Source of the DNA: Eledone cirrhosa
Lineage: Eukaryota
Assembly (NCBI GenBank): GCA_964016885.1
Contig: OZ024742.1
Location: 158,596,001 to 158,660,000 of the forward strand
Length of the DNA stretch: 64,000 nucleotides
Direction: 5' to 3'
Shown here piece after piece: positions 13,125-34,514 of this stretch. The notes beneath the pieces were generated by a model. It was given only the letters and a program-made list of their open reading frames with translations. It did no database searches and was not told the origin of the DNA. Position 1 is the stretch's first letter; every line of letters starts with the position of its first letter. A program made the position numbers and the translations under genes.

Positions 13125-14176
13125 CTTTATCGTTGACATCATATTCTCCGTATGATACGAAATAACACTAGATCTTCTTTGGGTTTTTTTATATTTGCCG
13201 TTCTATAACAAAACATTTCTAAAGGCTGGTGATGATGTAGTTGGTTTTCGTTCTATCATTCTTTTTACTGTTATTTCTTTTCTTATGATGATGATGATGA
13301 TAATGATGGTGATGAGGATGAAGATAAAGATAAGGATGTGAAGGAGAAGATTATAATTGGTGTAGCACCATAGATAAGATCGATGGAGTTGATGTTTAGC
13401 TTGAGATTGTGTTATGTTCGTGTATATAGTGTGAAAAAAGGGTGAAAAGATGTTCAATATGTTGCCCTACTGGGGTGAAAATATGAGCGAAATGCTTTTT
13501 AGGCGTTTTGGGGAGTGACACTTAGTTGCGATGATGGATATAGGGATAAAGATAAATGTCTCACCTGAGAAACATTCTTGGGTGCCTATGATACATGCTT
13601 TTCTAGTTCAAAGAGTAGGAAACTTAGTAAGAGAGGTCGAAAAAGTAAGGAAAGTGTCTGTCTCAGTATAGTAGTGGCAACTTATTGACTAGTGATGGTG
13701 TACTAATCATGCTTGGCATTGAAGGAATAGAGAAATGCAGTCTCTAATCATTACAGTTGTAGAGTTCGGATCCAGATATATTGATATTTCCCCCAGTGTA
13801 TATCACACTTCTTCAAGGATAAAGTCCGTTCAGATTTGAAGTAGTTTTTGGCCCTTAAAAGATGATCTGGTTTTTAATTTTCAGATGATTTTTGTCACCA
13901 TAAAATAACACATCAAGAAAATACTACCTAGAGTTTTGGTTGACCAAATAAAAAGTGCAGCTAAACATGCGTAATTATTATTTAAGTTGCCCTATAGTTG
14001 AGAAGGTAAATAGTATTGGCAACAAAGCTAAGATACCTCACAACTCACTAACATGGAGATATTCTCTCAGCATGTTGTAGTAGCCAAAACACTATACAAT
14101 TCAATCTGCAGATAGGATAGACCCGACAATAAGACAATAAACATATAAAAAGTGGAGGATATATATATATATATAC

Positions 14177-14231
<55 letters not shown>

Positions 14232-14250
14232 TATATATATATATATATAT

Positions 14251-19452
<5,202 letters not shown>

Positions 19453-19453
19453 C

Positions 19454-19535
<82 letters not shown>

Positions 19536-19554
19536 ATATATATACATATATACA

Positions 19555-19930
19555 TAATATGAAAAAGTACTGCTGGAATGTTACAGTCAAAACTATCAAA
19601 TGAAAACACAACAAACCAGACATAGTGAGGACCGAGAAGGTATACCGAGTAGTGGAAGTCAGCTGCTCACCAGATATCAATATAATGCTATATTTCAGTG
19701 AAAAAGAGAACATTTTGCTGAACTAAAGAGAAATCTGCTGATACTCCACCCTGGATGTACCTTTAGATTTATACCTATCATCACTGGGTCTCTGGGATAC
19801 GTTACTAACTGCCTCAGTACAAATCCTGAGAAGCTTATTTCACAGAACCAGAAAGACCAATGTTAGTTAGAAAGTCGCAAGTACAGTCCATTAATGCGAC
19901 TGTAAAAATATGTAAATGATTTCAGAAATT
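19555..19930 (+). mobile_element. Degenerate 3' fragment of an R4/Dong-like non-LTR element (restriction-like endonuclease domain)
   Basis: Frameshifted [62 protein letters not shown]. Confidence 0.6.
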
Positions 19931-20183
19931 CTACATGTTAGCTGTGTATACACTTATATAGACTCAGAAACATGTGCACATGTACGCATATAACTTAAAA
20001 CATACAGATCCACTCATGCAATAACATCCATAATTGCACACACATACACACATACACACAAGCACACATACAGATCCACTCATGCAATAACATCCATAAT
20101 TGCACACACATACACACACACAGAAGCACACCCACACACATACACAAACAGACGCTCTCACACACATACACAAACACATATAG

Positions 20184-20470
20184 ACATCATCATCATCCGG
20201 CGGACTCAACAATTGATCTCCACGTGGGTCTGTTGTTCATTGCCGCTACTAAATCCTGGATTTCAATACCAGAATCTCTGGAGTTGATCACGGGAGAGGA
20301 GTGCCTGCACCCTCTGTTATTAGTGACTGCTTGTGGCTTCCAAAGCACAAATGGGGTCACCGCCTCATAGGTGACACAATGGCAGTGGCCAGCAAATCTT
20401 ACTCTCCTTTTACGTACAACGACAGATACGCATGGGAGGCCAGCATATATTTCTTTCAAAGTCCGATGTC
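20184..20470 (-). mobile_element. 3' end of an RTE-clade LINE with (GAT)n tail
   Basis: [38 protein letters not shown] followed by GATGATGATG. Confidence 0.7.
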
Positions 20471-21033
20471 GCCTGCTTATCTTCTGATTGTGTCGAATAC
20501 ATATGTATTTACCTAGTTAATGTTGTCTAAATTCAAATAAAATGTATTGTGTCTTTGTTAGAAACCGGCTCTGTCTCTCTCTGTTGGTGGACATTTGTGA
20601 AATAATAAAACTAGAAATACATGTACACATACATGGCCATAAACCCATCTTACTCATACTTGGAGACATGAACTTGGCATATAATTTGTCTTATCTATTT
20701 TGATATTTTCGTTCATTATTTATTAATATTTTAAAGTTGTTTATATGTTTATTTACTTTTTGATTTACCCAGGAGAATTTCATTTTTCTTTTGTACTTCT
20801 TATTTTTCTATAATCTCCCCTGCTGCTTATATTGCTGTCAAGGAAGCCTATTAAATCTTGCTATATGTCGCCCAATCTTTCAGATTTCTTCATTTTGCTG
20901 TTTCAGAAAACTTAATTCAAGGACGTCATCAGCATTTTAAATATGCACCCCCAACGCCCGCTTTGGAGGATTACTTACTGTGTGTTCGTGTGCATGTATA
21001 TGTATAGACATATATAAATAAATAGATAAATAA

Positions 21034-21104
<71 letters not shown>

Positions 21105-21176
21105 CATATATATATGTGTGTATATATATATGTGTGTGTGTGTGTATGCATGTATGAATGTATATATATATATGTA

Positions 21177-21225
<49 letters not shown>

Positions 21226-21278
21226 GCATATACATATATACATATATACATTTATAGACACTTGACAAAATACATATC

Positions 21279-21309
<31 letters not shown>

Positions 21310-21989
21310 ATTTGTGTGTATGTATAAGAATAAGAATTGTTATAGATAGATAGGTAGATAAATAAATATATGCATTCTAAGATACATTTGCACATTGTAT
21401 ACAATATAGTTAGCTGGTTATCCACCAACCTTTACAAAAGCTCTCACCTGCACACACTGACACCGCAAATTCAAACACACTTACAGAAATACACCTCCAA
21501 CACACCACTATATACATATATTTGGGTAAATTCAGTACGACATTTATTTTTGTATTTTCTCCTTTACTTTTTACCTGTCGATAGTTAACTGAGTGGAGAA
21601 AGTTCTTTTATTGTACTTTACTTTTTATTTCAGAGATTTATAGAAATAGCACCATCATCATGAACAGCCTACATCGCTTTAATCCGTTAAGCTGAACATA
21701 AATCTATTTCCATATACTTTAACATAATCTCCACAATGGAACTATTGCTGTTATGCAATTTTTTTATTATTATTTTTTTCTTCTTTTGTCTTCGTTGTCA
21801 TATTTTTTGACAGCTGCTCCTTGTGATATTCCAGTTTTAATATATTGTTGTGTTGCCTCTTTTCTTTTCACTGTTCAATCTCCTCCAATTTTTAGGGATA
21901 TATGTATAAACATATACATACACACGTGCACACACACACATATATATATGTAAGTATGTATACCACTATTTGTATAAACATATGTATAC

Positions 21990-22088
<99 letters not shown>

Positions 22089-22117
22089 CATGTGTGTAGA
22101 GAAAGAGACACAGAAGG

Positions 22118-22137
22118 ATAGATAGATAGATAGATAT

Positions 22138-22222
<85 letters not shown>
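22118..22222. repeat. (GATA)n microsatellite
   Basis: Direct observation. Confidence 0.95.
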
Positions 22223-22223
<1 letters not shown>

Positions 22224-25200
22224 GTTGCACGTTTTATGATTACAGTGCTTTATAGAGTTCAGCCACAAAAATCTTTTCCATCTATCATTATGCAGCAGCT
22301 TATATAACTTAAGTAATATTTATTGATTTGTTTTTAATTTTTTTTCTTCTGATTGATTGATAGATGCGATGTAACATTCAATTCTATAAGGAAGGACGAG
22401 TAACAGATTGGATATACCTGTAGGTACAAAGCTTAAGTCCTTAGGTATTTTGTTATTTTCCCGATCTAGTATTCTGTTAATATGATTTCCCGTGCATGTG
22501 TCGCTCTATCTTTTTGTCAGACGATTGTGTCAAATACTTGACATTTCAGCAATAGAGTGATTAAAGAAGAATGGCTTAAGATCTAATTCCTTTTTTAAAT
22601 GCACCAACAAGACACGTTGAACTCAACAGTAATAGCTAAAGAAGGCTCCTGTCAAATTTACTCTGCTGCTTAATAGTTGATGGTAAGTGCCTTTAACTAT
22701 TCATGGACTCGTAGGGTGACCGTCTTGGGTATTTTTAAAACCTGGCAGAACTCCCATCCCACTCCAGATCTCAACACAGCCGATTTATTCCTAAGAATGT
22801 GAAGCATAAAGGAATAAAAGCCTCAGTACTAAATTGGCAATTTATTCAAAGAATGAAAGGCGAAGCTGGCCTCAACAAGATTTGGACTCAGAGAACAGCG
22901 AGTCAGAACAAATACCAAATCAGCTTTAATTTGACACCCTAATGACTCTACCAATTCGCTGAAACAAAGTATGCGAGAAAATTTGATTCCAGTACTTGAA
23001 AATATTTATATCTACTCCAGACAAATGAAAAAAATATTTAACTTACATAAATGTGTAGCAACGTTACTAAAGCATGAATTCACTCTCATTAGAGAGTCAG
23101 ATAAAATGTGGTGTAGTGTGTATTCTGACTCTCTACCACTTCCACATTAATTCAATGAGCGAGCTATTTCTTTGATCGATTAGCTAGAATACTAATCGTC
23201 AAAATTGTTGTCTAGTCTATTTTACGATATATTCGCAATCGTCACTGGTGCTAACTATATAAATAAGGTTCATTAAATTCCATCTATGATGTTACCATCC
23301 TCGCTGGTAGTTTACATTTAAAACAATGACGTAATGTGCTGTCTGTGTCCAAGGTATTTCGCTGGAAATATCATTATACACCCGAGAAAGTTATCACGGA
23401 AATATATTACCGGCTTTGATAACACAGTTGTCTGACAATTTTGCGTGCGGAAATCAAAATTATCGACACCTGAATGACAGCAGCATTTGAACGTTATCGA
23501 TACCTGAAGTTTTGGTAAAGATGATTACTTTCATCGCCTCAGAAAGAATTTATTTATTGTTCAGTCACGAATACTTTTATAGCCCCTGAACAAATTATAT
23601 TAAGGTACACACAAACTTGAACTTGAGGAAAGATTTACACAACAGCTCGTAAAATAGATTTTTAATTAGTCACAAGGCTATACATCTTTTGGGGGGAGAG
23701 GTTATATACTGTTACATTTACCTCAGTACTTGATGGTTACATATTAAGGTAAAAAAGCAAGGTTGTTAGTCGTGTGATTTGAACTCGGATTGTAAAAGGC
23801 TCTAAGTATATTCAACTCATATCATTAACCCTAAGTATAAATATATTTGGAAACTCCATCTCTATTCATATAAAGTTTAAGCCATTTTTTCATACGAAGC
23901 CAAAAATATATATAACAGTGCAATCTTCTTTGCAAATGTAACGGGCCAATAAATCCTAAGTGAGATTTAAGAAAATATGTTTTAAATAACAGTGGCTAAA
24001 AATGGTAGCTTAACGTGAGTCATTATATCTAGGTTCAATATATTAATGACGTACATAAATTAAACGAAATAATTTATCATTCACATTTCATCGTTTCATT
24101 GTTTAAAACATCAATAAATAAAATTTCAGAATTAGAGACAGAAGTGGAGAAACAGAGAGAAAGATAGAAAGATGGTTGTTATTTCTCTCAGACTTCATTT
24201 AGGATCGATTAATCAAGCATTTTATCACTAAAACTTGCTCGGTTTAATCTTATGGTTTGATCCGGGGTTAACGCAAAGCTGACCCGACTGTGATAATACC
24301 ATTTTAAGTCACTAATAAATCAAATAGGTAAATAATGGCTGGAACAAACTAAAGTGACATATAATTGGCTAATACGTCTTGAGATAAATTGCTATTTGTG
24401 ACTTGCCTTGTGTTTTTAACAGGAGGAGGCTATTGGTTCACAAATCAATTTCTCCGTTATGCAAGGCTAATATTTACTCGATACATAAGAGGAAATTAGT
24501 CACGAGGATATATTGTTATCTTTTATCTTAGAATGAATAACTTTGTCTCAATAGAAGACACTTCAATTAGAAATTGCCGCATAGGTAGTCATCGTTGTAT
24601 TCAGAACGGAGGATACGACTGAATTTAACTAATTTCTTAGAGTTAAGTGTGATAAACTTTGACCAGATGGATATCATATCACGCAAGGTCACACCAGAAA
24701 TAGATACGTTGTGAAATTCGAAACCAAGCTAGTAGAACTGCAACAAAGGCCATTTAAACTGTACACATGTTCATTTAAAGAAAGAAAAAAGGAGGAAATT
24801 ATGATGCCCTTGTTGTTTCCCAAAGTATTAATAATATAAATTATTAACGGAGAAAAGGAACAATTCATAGATAGAACTCACTCGCCAATTAGCTCTAACT
24901 ATGATACCCTCCAGTTGTAAAAATTAGAGCCGTGTGACGTGTTACTATTCTCCATGATTTCACTAAGGATTTACCATACTTTCACGGATGGAGTTTTACT
25001 GCTTATGTAATCAATTTAGTGGAACGTCCTTGTTGTAGCAGCTGGAAGGTGAGAGTGCTGCACCAGTACTGGTACTTTCTTTATCGTCATCGTCATATAA
25101 AAGGCAACAGGTACAGCGGAGCTCAACGATATTTAAATTTAGAACGCAGAGACATACAACAAATATCCAACGCTCAAACGACTCTGCCAAATCAATCGCC

Positions 25201-26012
25201 TTCTATAGTGGTAATTTGTATCTATATCTCAATGGTGATGAGGGTAAATTAGTTTATCCAAAAATGCATACACTATTTAATCCACTCTGTTATTTTAACT
25301 ATGAGAGGGAAACGGGGAAAGTTATTGTTTATCTCCAAATCTCACCCATGATTGAACAAACCTTTAAGTAAATGTGTCCATTCGTGATCACACAGTCGTT
25401 TGTTTTCAGCCCTAGTCTAAGACTATGTTATGACTTCATAATGTAATACTGTAACGTGTGGTATTAGGGAGATTTTCTGGGAGGGTTGACTTCAGAGTGA
25501 CGCTTTTGTTGCCTCAAAATCGAAAAAGTAAAATGAAGGTGTGTGACGTGCATGTGAGTGCGCGTGTACTAGTGAGTATGTTTATGTGTACTTTTGTTTA
25601 AAAGTATGTGAACGTGTGTTCTTGTGTGTGTGTGCCTCTATATCTGTGCACGTGTGTGTATGTACATATGTTTTTGCATGTAGATTTGAGCACGTGGATG
25701 TTAGAATGTGTATGTATGTGTGTGTACGTGTGAATATGTCTGTGTGTGTGTGTGTGCGTATTTATAAAAGTGTGTACATATGTTTATATGTATATATGTT
25801 TGAGACATGGGATATCAGGACAAAACACTACCACACAATCTGTTATATGTCACAGAATAATAAGCAGCTGTCTAATGATGATTTGTGAAGAAAGTAATTA
25901 GATAATGGGGATGGGTGCTTTATTCTAAATTTGTTTGCCTTTCTACATGTTTTTAGTATTTTCTGATTTGTTTAGGGAGGGCAATTTATCGGATCTGATT
26001 TTCGTTTAATAA

Positions 26013-26383
26013 TGATTTCTACTATAGGCACAAGGCCAGCAATAATTCCAGTGTATTACTGGTACTTTATTTTATCGACCCCGTAAGGATGAAAGGCAAT
26101 GTTAACTTCAGCGGAATTTGAACTCAGACCGTAAAGGGCAGTAACTGTATGCCGCAAAGCATGACGTCAGACCCTCTACCGATACTGCCAATCTACTTAA
26201 TTGTTTCTACTATTGGCACAAGGCCAGAAATTACCCAGTACATTACTGGTACTTTATTTTATCGACCCCGTAAGGATGAAAGGCAAAGTTAACCTCGGCG
26301 GGATTTGAACTCAGAATGGCAAGGGCCGTAACTCTATGCTGGAAAGCATGGCGTCCGACCCTCTACCGATACTGCCAATCCAA
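26013..26383 (-). mobile_element. Two tandem SINE family A copies
   Basis: Two consecutive reverse-complement copies of the family A core and B-box. Confidence 0.85.
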
Positions 26384-27346
26384 CGCAATGAACAGCAATG
26401 TGATTGGCTGGTCCTTGTAAAGAAAAACCCAATATTTCTCGTGGAAACAGAGTTATATGTATAATAATTGAATTCGAAGAAAGCGTATTAGTTATCGTAA
26501 TGTGTAATATTTGTAGGAAGTGTGATAGTTTCTCTTGTGTATTGTTAATTAGAAGAGAGGTTACTGATTTAATTACTGTACAACCAGCTAATGAAACACC
26601 TGTCAATTACGTCTGTACGTGTTCCTTCTTCATGTAGACTATTTTATAGACTAAATCATTGTGAATCATATCATCGACTGGGCGTTTGTGTGGCCGCTTA
26701 ATCTAATAAACATAGAAGCCAAATATCACTCAAATAACACATGCTAGAATATATTTTTTAAAAAGAGTAATATACATGAGTAGTCCATGATAACTCTAAA
26801 TTGACATGCTCGTCACGGCTGGGATTCTGTTGATAAAAAGGCTCTTCGAGCAGGATTGATAAGGAACTAAACGAACACAAGCTACTGAGAAATAAGTGTG
26901 TATACTTAGGATTTAGTGTAGACGTGAAATACTTGTGTGGATACGGTATTGAACTGGTAGCTTCTAGGGCTGGAGTTCAAACCATTGCATGTGTATTTAT
27001 AAAGTGTTTTTATAAAGAGGATTTTAATCTATATGGCCCCGTTTAACAGGCCATTTAGCATAGAAATCATATGACCTGGTTTTGTCATTTTTATACTGTA
27101 TAAACCCGAGTTACCTGCATAATGGACTTCCGTCGGTTTCGACGATGTGTGGTCCAGCTGTTTGATCAATGGGATAATTTGCTTATGAAATTAATGTGCA
27201 AGCGAGTGTGCATTCCACAAGCACATATACCCTTAACATCATTATCAGTAAAATTCAGCGTGACATAGGGTGTGAAATGGACCGTCTAACTGTAAACATT
27301 AACAAATTCATTCTTTTAGCAAGGAATCTCTAAATTTGGTCTTTAA

Positions 27347-27568
27347 CCCTTTCGTTACCTTATTAATAATCAAATACGCTGTATTTTCATTAATTCATAA
27401 AGAATTTGTAGTGATTTACAACATCATTAATTGTTTGTTTAGTTGCTATTTATATCATAACAAATATTCTCATAACAAATTATGTTGGCAGATATTAATT
27501 TAAAAAACAACCCTGTAAAATTAGTGGTTTGCTTTCATAGAGCCCTAGACGGGATGGTATCAAATGGG
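27347..27568. mobile_element. piggyBac-like MITE
   Basis: TTAA|CCCTTTCGTTACC ... GGTATCAAATGGG|TTAA. Confidence 0.6.
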
Positions 27569-27768
27569 TTAAGTATTTAAAGGGCCGTTTGTATTAAACA
27601 TATAAGAGAGTTAAACGATAATATATCTTAGTCCCCGTTCGCCATAAAATATATGATATCTCTTTTAAAATAGCTTAACCCTTCAGTTACAATAATTCTA
27701 ATGAAAAGCAAAATCACATTATGAACCTCGTCTTTGGAGAATAACTTCACAAATGTCCTTAAATGAGG

Positions 27769-27970
27769 GTTTCTGTTTTAGGCACAAGGCCAGCAATTTT
27801 AAGGGGAAATAATCCAGTGTGTTACTGGTACTTTATTTTATCGAACCCGTAAGGATGAAACGCAAAGCTAACCTCGGCAGGATTTGAACTCAGAACGTAA
27901 AACGCAGTAACAGTATACCGCTAAACATTTTTGTCCCACGCTCTACCGATTCTGCTAATCCACCGCCCTT
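27769..27970 (-). mobile_element. SINE family A
   Basis: Full-length reverse copy. Confidence 0.85.
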
Positions 27971-28297
27971 AAATAATAATGTCACAGAAGGTTCTTCTTC
28001 TTCTTCTTCTTCTTCTTCTTCTTCTTCTTCTTCTTCTTCTTCTTCATCATCATCTTCCTCCACTTCTTCCTAGGTGAGTCATGGGCGTAGAGTCCTCAAG
28101 TGAAGGGAGGTAACTTTTGAGAGACCACAGGCAAGATTGAATAAAATATATTCTGATGAGAACTCCAACAGTTTTTAAGATATATTCAATATATTTATCA
28201 TTTTTCAATTTAAATGGTAATTCTTAAATTCGGCATGTTTACATGTCTAAATTTATATCCACTTTTACGTAGTCTCTGTTGCCCTCATACTGTATAT

Positions 28298-28490
28298 CAT
28301 TGTTTCCACTTTTGGCACAAGGCCAGCAATTAATCCAGTGCATTACTGGTATTTTATTTTATCGACCCCGTAAGGATAAACGGCAAAGTTAATCTTGGCA
28401 GGATTTGAACTCATACCGTAAAGTGCCGTAACTCTATGATGCAAAGAATAGCGTCCGACCCTCCACCGATACTGCCAATCCATTGCCCTT
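28298..28490 (-). mobile_element. SINE family A
   Basis: Full-length reverse copy. Confidence 0.85.
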
Positions 28491-29102
28491 TATGTATATT
28501 TATGTATATAATGTTTTCATTTTGTACAAAACTTGCCCCGGATTCTTGCCTCATATTCGACAGCGCTTGTTGCATTAGTAGATACCACACTATAAACCAG
28601 TATGCCTAACTAGATACTAACTTTTACCACATTAACTATACGTTAGATCGGACGTGACAATTCGAAAACGACCAGAAGTTCCAATTTATTTGGTAGTCTG
28701 TCAGTTTGTTTATATAGTATTTTTGTGGTGTTTTATGTTGTTGTTTTTTTGTTGCGATATTATTCCGTTTCATTTTATATCTACTTATTTGTTTTTAATA
28801 TTGTTATATTTTTATTGTTTTTGTTGTTTTTTGTGAGGTGTTTTGTTGTTTTTTTCCCCCAAAATTCAATAGTCAATCTAACACTTCTGTTTAGACCCAT
28901 TGGCTGTAACTTCTTTGAACTGATTGTTTATTGATAATAAATCGAAAAGCCATAGTCACTAGATCTAATCTAAAGAAAAGCGTGGCAAGTATATTGACAA
29001 TAATATCGGGTATATTATTGCTATTTTGACTCATAACATCAAAGATACTACGCATCATAGTACGCCATTCAAAACAAAACACTATGTATAGGTATATGTA
29101 AG

Positions 29103-29178
<76 letters not shown>

Positions 29179-29364
29179 GGCACGTATATGTCTGTTTGTG
29201 TGTGTGTCTATATGTTTGTATATATATATATATATATGCATACATACACAAACATATTTGTGAATATATATAAATATCCATATATATGTTTTATGTATAT
29301 TGGTGTATGTGAGCCGATATTATTTTATGCATTATAAATCGATGTCTATATTAGCACATATCAA

Positions 29365-29463
<99 letters not shown>

Positions 29464-31148
29464 CATATATGTATATATAGTATAACGATGTGTGTATTAT
29501 GGCTTAATACCAAAACATAAACTGGTCTATGGTGCATCATATAAAGCATATTGTTTTATAGTTTCCTCCATTGATAATTCCATTAGTTTATATCATTGAA
29601 AAGAAATATCTCAACTTTTATTTTTATACAAAATATATTTGCATAGACGATATACGAGTAAAAATAGCCATTTATAACTTCAGTTTACTCTGAAATTCTA
29701 TAAGAAAACTATAACCAATAGACCCCATATTTTTATGAATATAAAAACGAAATACGAAAATCTAATGTCCCTTTTCTTGTCTTTTCAATCGGTGTTTCAG
29801 TTTTATTCGGTCTACTTTGTTAATGTACAATGTTTTCTATGAACATAGATGTAATTCAATACTGATGTAAACCTCTATTTAAGATATATTCATATTTTAT
29901 TATATAAATTAAGAATTTAAATGTCACATCACATTTTCGATGCCATAATGAATTTAAAAGTTTTTGCAAAATATTTTTTATTTATCTAAGCACAATTGAC
30001 TTTTTACATATTTCCAAAGAAGAAGAATTGTGATGTTGTGTCATTAATGCATTTCTCAAGAGCTTAAGTGATATTAGTGATATATAAATATTGTCAACCA
30101 TGAAATAGAAACTAACTCACTTACTCGGTTCATATACTTTAAATGTGCTCGAAAATTGTAGTTGGGTTCTTTCTTTTTTGTTTCGTTTTGTTTCCTTTCT
30201 TACTTAGCTAAAATACAACACATTCATAAACGAAGCAATGGTGTTTATCTTGCATTACTTTTGCAAGTGCATGAAAACCATGATTTCTTCAGTAAACGGA
30301 ACCGAATTTCATTTGAGGATTCAATTTACTGAAAGATTAGAAGCGCCGATGGGGTGTCGCAATAGACGCAGGATTGTCGAATGTTTAAGAAGTTCTATTC
30401 GCAATCATTAGATCCCAGATTCCATCCCATTATGTGGCGTCTTGGTCATGTGTCATCGATATACCACCATATTAGCAGGTTGTCCCCGAATCGAATATTC
30501 TATTTTCTATTTTTTTCTCTATCTCCTATCTTTCATTCTATGTTTCAGTTCCTGTTACATAATTCTGCAAATAACACACGAAATTGCCAAGTCTTACATC
30601 ATAACCTGATGATAGAGCTGATCCATCGAAATATGTATATTGCTATGACTGCTATTTTTAGCGACCTAATAGCTTATTCAAGTCGCTCTGTGCTAACTGA
30701 TGTGCACTTCCCTCTCGTTGGCACCTCTCTTTAGTACGTGAGGCTCATAGGAGGCAGGTATATCCGTTGATATGCTCCTGTGTGTACCATGATTCTTCGT
30801 ATTTTTTATAGCGCAACATAATATATATACGTGTGTGGGGGGGGGGGGGTCTATATATTATGCCAATATATATGGATATAGCGCATATCTTATGTCCGGG
30901 TTTATATCGTTTTAGTGGATGTTCGTACATTTTGATTATTATTTTATTAATTTGTATTTACCGTTCCATCCGTAGTTTTTATGTGCTTTACCAGGGTGGT
31001 ATTTTATCGCCTATTATCTAACAATTTATTATGTACTTTCTCTCATTGGTATGATTGATAAAGATTTCGATCTCTCTTCCTTGAGCTCCCTTGATCATAG
31101 AGGACTATTGTAGAGTTTCTAACTATATTTTAATTTGATATATATATT

Positions 31149-31231
<83 letters not shown>

Positions 31232-33384
31232 AGAAGTGCACAACGCACACGAGGTATCCGATGAAGTGATATATGTATATATACAGTGTCTTGTTTATCT
31301 TTTTGTTTTTGTTTATTTTGTACTTTTATTACTATTAGTTAATCTTAGAAGTGTGGATTGGCAGAACTGGTAGAGAAACCATTGCGATATTTCTTCTGGA
31401 TATTTACATGCTGTGATCAATTCCCACAGAAGTCAATGTTGCCTTTCACCAATATGATTTCAATAAAAATAGTAAGAATCAAGTACTGGGGTTGATTTAA
31501 TCAACATTTCAAGTACCCCAAATTCGGTGACCTTGTTCCTAAATTAGTATTCCAAATTAGCTGGGTTTTTTGTCTACGTTGAATTCGCTTCGCAAAATGG
31601 AAGTGTTTTGATTTCACATTTAAAGTACTGATTGCTATTTTGAAAAGTGGAATATCAGGTCTTACGTTCAGAAACTAGTTTTTCAGTTGCCAATGTGAAT
31701 GATTCCATTTTAGATTAGTTTGCAGACTCTCTATGTTCAGCTTGGAACAACTGACACAGATATTGTACATTTTGTGTGTGTGTGTGTGTGTTTTTTTTTT
31801 TTTGTTTTTTTTTTGTTTTTTTTTTTTGGGGGGGGGGGGGGGGTATTTTTTTTTTTTATCTGTGAATCAAATATTTGCACAACTAGTAGAATATCAGAAA
31901 TTTTCTTTCAGTCTTTGTACACTTGTTTAATACAGATAACTTCAGTTCGATGTGTAGAAACCATGTGATTTTAATGAATTTCTCTAAATAACCAATATGT
32001 AAATGAGTTTAACAGAGCTTCTCGTTTCAGTGCGCCAGAAGCTTTGGTTAGATCAAAGAAAGTTATATAAATTGGTTTCTATTCGTGACATATCTCCTAC
32101 AAATATCGTGTAGAATACATATCAGTAATTTTCCTGTGGGATCTGACAATACATGGGAAAATTTCAACGTGTTGCAGTCAAATAATGAATTTTATTGTCA
32201 GCATATTCCAGACGTGTTGACAGAGGCTGCGTTTTTTTTTTTCAAGATAATGATCTCAAATTTAAGCACTAATCTTAATTGTAAGTCACTAATGTTCTAT
32301 ATAATCGATATATTTGATTCCAGGGCTTGATAGGCAGTTAGATTATTGATTCCAGAAATGGTGGAATTTGAAATCACAAACAATTTATGGCATTACATTT
32401 GTTTAGCTAGTATCTGTTGATCGCGTGATTAAGGTTGTGTGTTTATTATTATTTATTAGCGATATAGGCTGTGAATTGGCAGTATCGGTAGAACGTCGGA
32501 CAACATGCTTTATATATTGAGTTCAAATCCCGCCGAAGTTAGCTTTCCTTACGGGATCGATATAAAGTACTAGTAACAATCAAGGGTCGATTTCATCAAC
32601 TTTCCCTTCACCCAAGAAGAACATCGATGTATCTGAATCTTTCAGACTATTGTTTTCTTACATACCAATTGTAATTTCTTATTCTGCAAGAGCGGTATGT
32701 TCTCTTCACCCCTTTTTGTATCAATTAAGCATATACTAGTAAAATACTATACAGAGTACACTGTAATAAACTACATGGAATAAACTATGCATGGAATAAA
32801 TGGAATAAATACATGGAATAAATTCATAGAATAAATACATGGAATAAATTATCCTCGAACAAGAGAGTTTTCGAAAGAAGTTAATTAAAAGAATCTAAAG
32901 GTTGCATAGAAGATGTTTAAATATTGATTTTTAATTTAAGCACAAGACCAGCGAATTTGAAGGAAAAGCAAAGTTTGTAAAATTTACCCCGTAAGGATGA
33001 ATGGCAAAGTTGACCTCTACGGAATTTAATGATTGAGAACACACACTGCAGTGGCATTTAACATCCAAAGCTCTACTAATTCAACCAATCCACAACCCTT
33101 ACAGCATTTAATTTTTTTCTACAATTTGTCTTCTCAGATTTGGGGAATTTTCAATTTGACAGAATTTTCTGATTCGTACACAGATGAAAAATGGAAAGTA
33201 AACGTCAACTAAATTACTTTTCTTTATCCTTAGCTCTTTCAATAGTTTTAAGACATTTCGTTTCTGTCTGTATGAAATTATATCATTTCCTAGCATATTT
33301 ATTTTTAAATATCCTTGGATCAGACACATATCCCGGGTGGTGTCAGACCCAATAATTTCGAACACAGCTCCTTCTATGGATAGA

Positions 33385-33563
33385 TAATTGTTTCTACATT
33401 TGGCACAAGACCAGCAATTACCCAGTGCATTACTGGTACTTTATTTTATCGACCCCGTAAGGATGAAAGACAAAGTTAACCTCGGCGGGATTAGAACTCA
33501 GAATGGCAAATGCGTCAAAGCATGGTGTCCGAATCTCTACCGATACTGCCAATCCACCGCCCT
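33385..33563 (-). mobile_element. SINE family A with TSD
   Basis: CCTTCTATGGATAG on both sides. Confidence 0.85.
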
Positions 33564-34514
33564 TCTATGGATAGTACAAATAGATAGCAATGAATCTAGC
33601 ATTAAGTCCTTCTCTGTGTGCCTGTAATTAATACTACTTCAATAGAATAAACTATTATATAAAAGCAATAAAGTGTATTAATATAACATTATTTAGTTCT
33701 CTTTATGTTTTATACAATACTTTCCGATTTTAGAAATTATTCAAAGACACTATCTCCGTGTATATAATCATTGTAGGTCATCAGATATTGAGCGAAAGGG
33801 GAAATTCTATTCTATGAGATTAGTTTCTTTTGAATTATTGTGTGGTGTTAGTTATAGGAAAAATTATAAAAAGGCATTGGTTTTCTGAAAGATTCAACAC
33901 TTGAGCACTTTAGTACGGAAAATGGGGGTTACAAAACTTGTGACGGGAAGAGAATAGATTTATGGAATCGTTTTAGTTGTGCTTTAATATATTCTAAGCA
34001 GGGGATATTTAGTTGAATGAACAAAGAGATGATACAGCTCTAACAAGCTTGTTTTATTAGTTACTAAACTAGACGTATTTCATACATCTCTTTGTATATA
34101 CACGGTACGTGCTTGCTCTGACGTTTCCTAATCACAAACATCCCTTGTAATATTAAATCGAATACATTTGTAACAGTGTATTTACCTTTCAAAGTGTGTT
34201 TGAGACGTTAGGCTTGTATTTAAACTTGCATTCATATATTAAGTTGGTCAAAATAGAGTGAAATCTATGACATGCTAAGTTCTTAATTCCTGTCACCATA
34301 ATTATGTGTGTACATGTATCTTAATCAAATCAAATTGTTATGTTCCTTTACAAATGTTGCTTTAATTTATCCCACTTAAGTCATCATCGGGTATAGTAAT
34401 AACTTGGCTTATTTATTGTCAGGACTGTGAAGCATAGATACACATCACATCAAATGGTTAAACATTCTATATACTATATATACGTTGAGTACATATAGTA
34501 TATTTAATTTAACT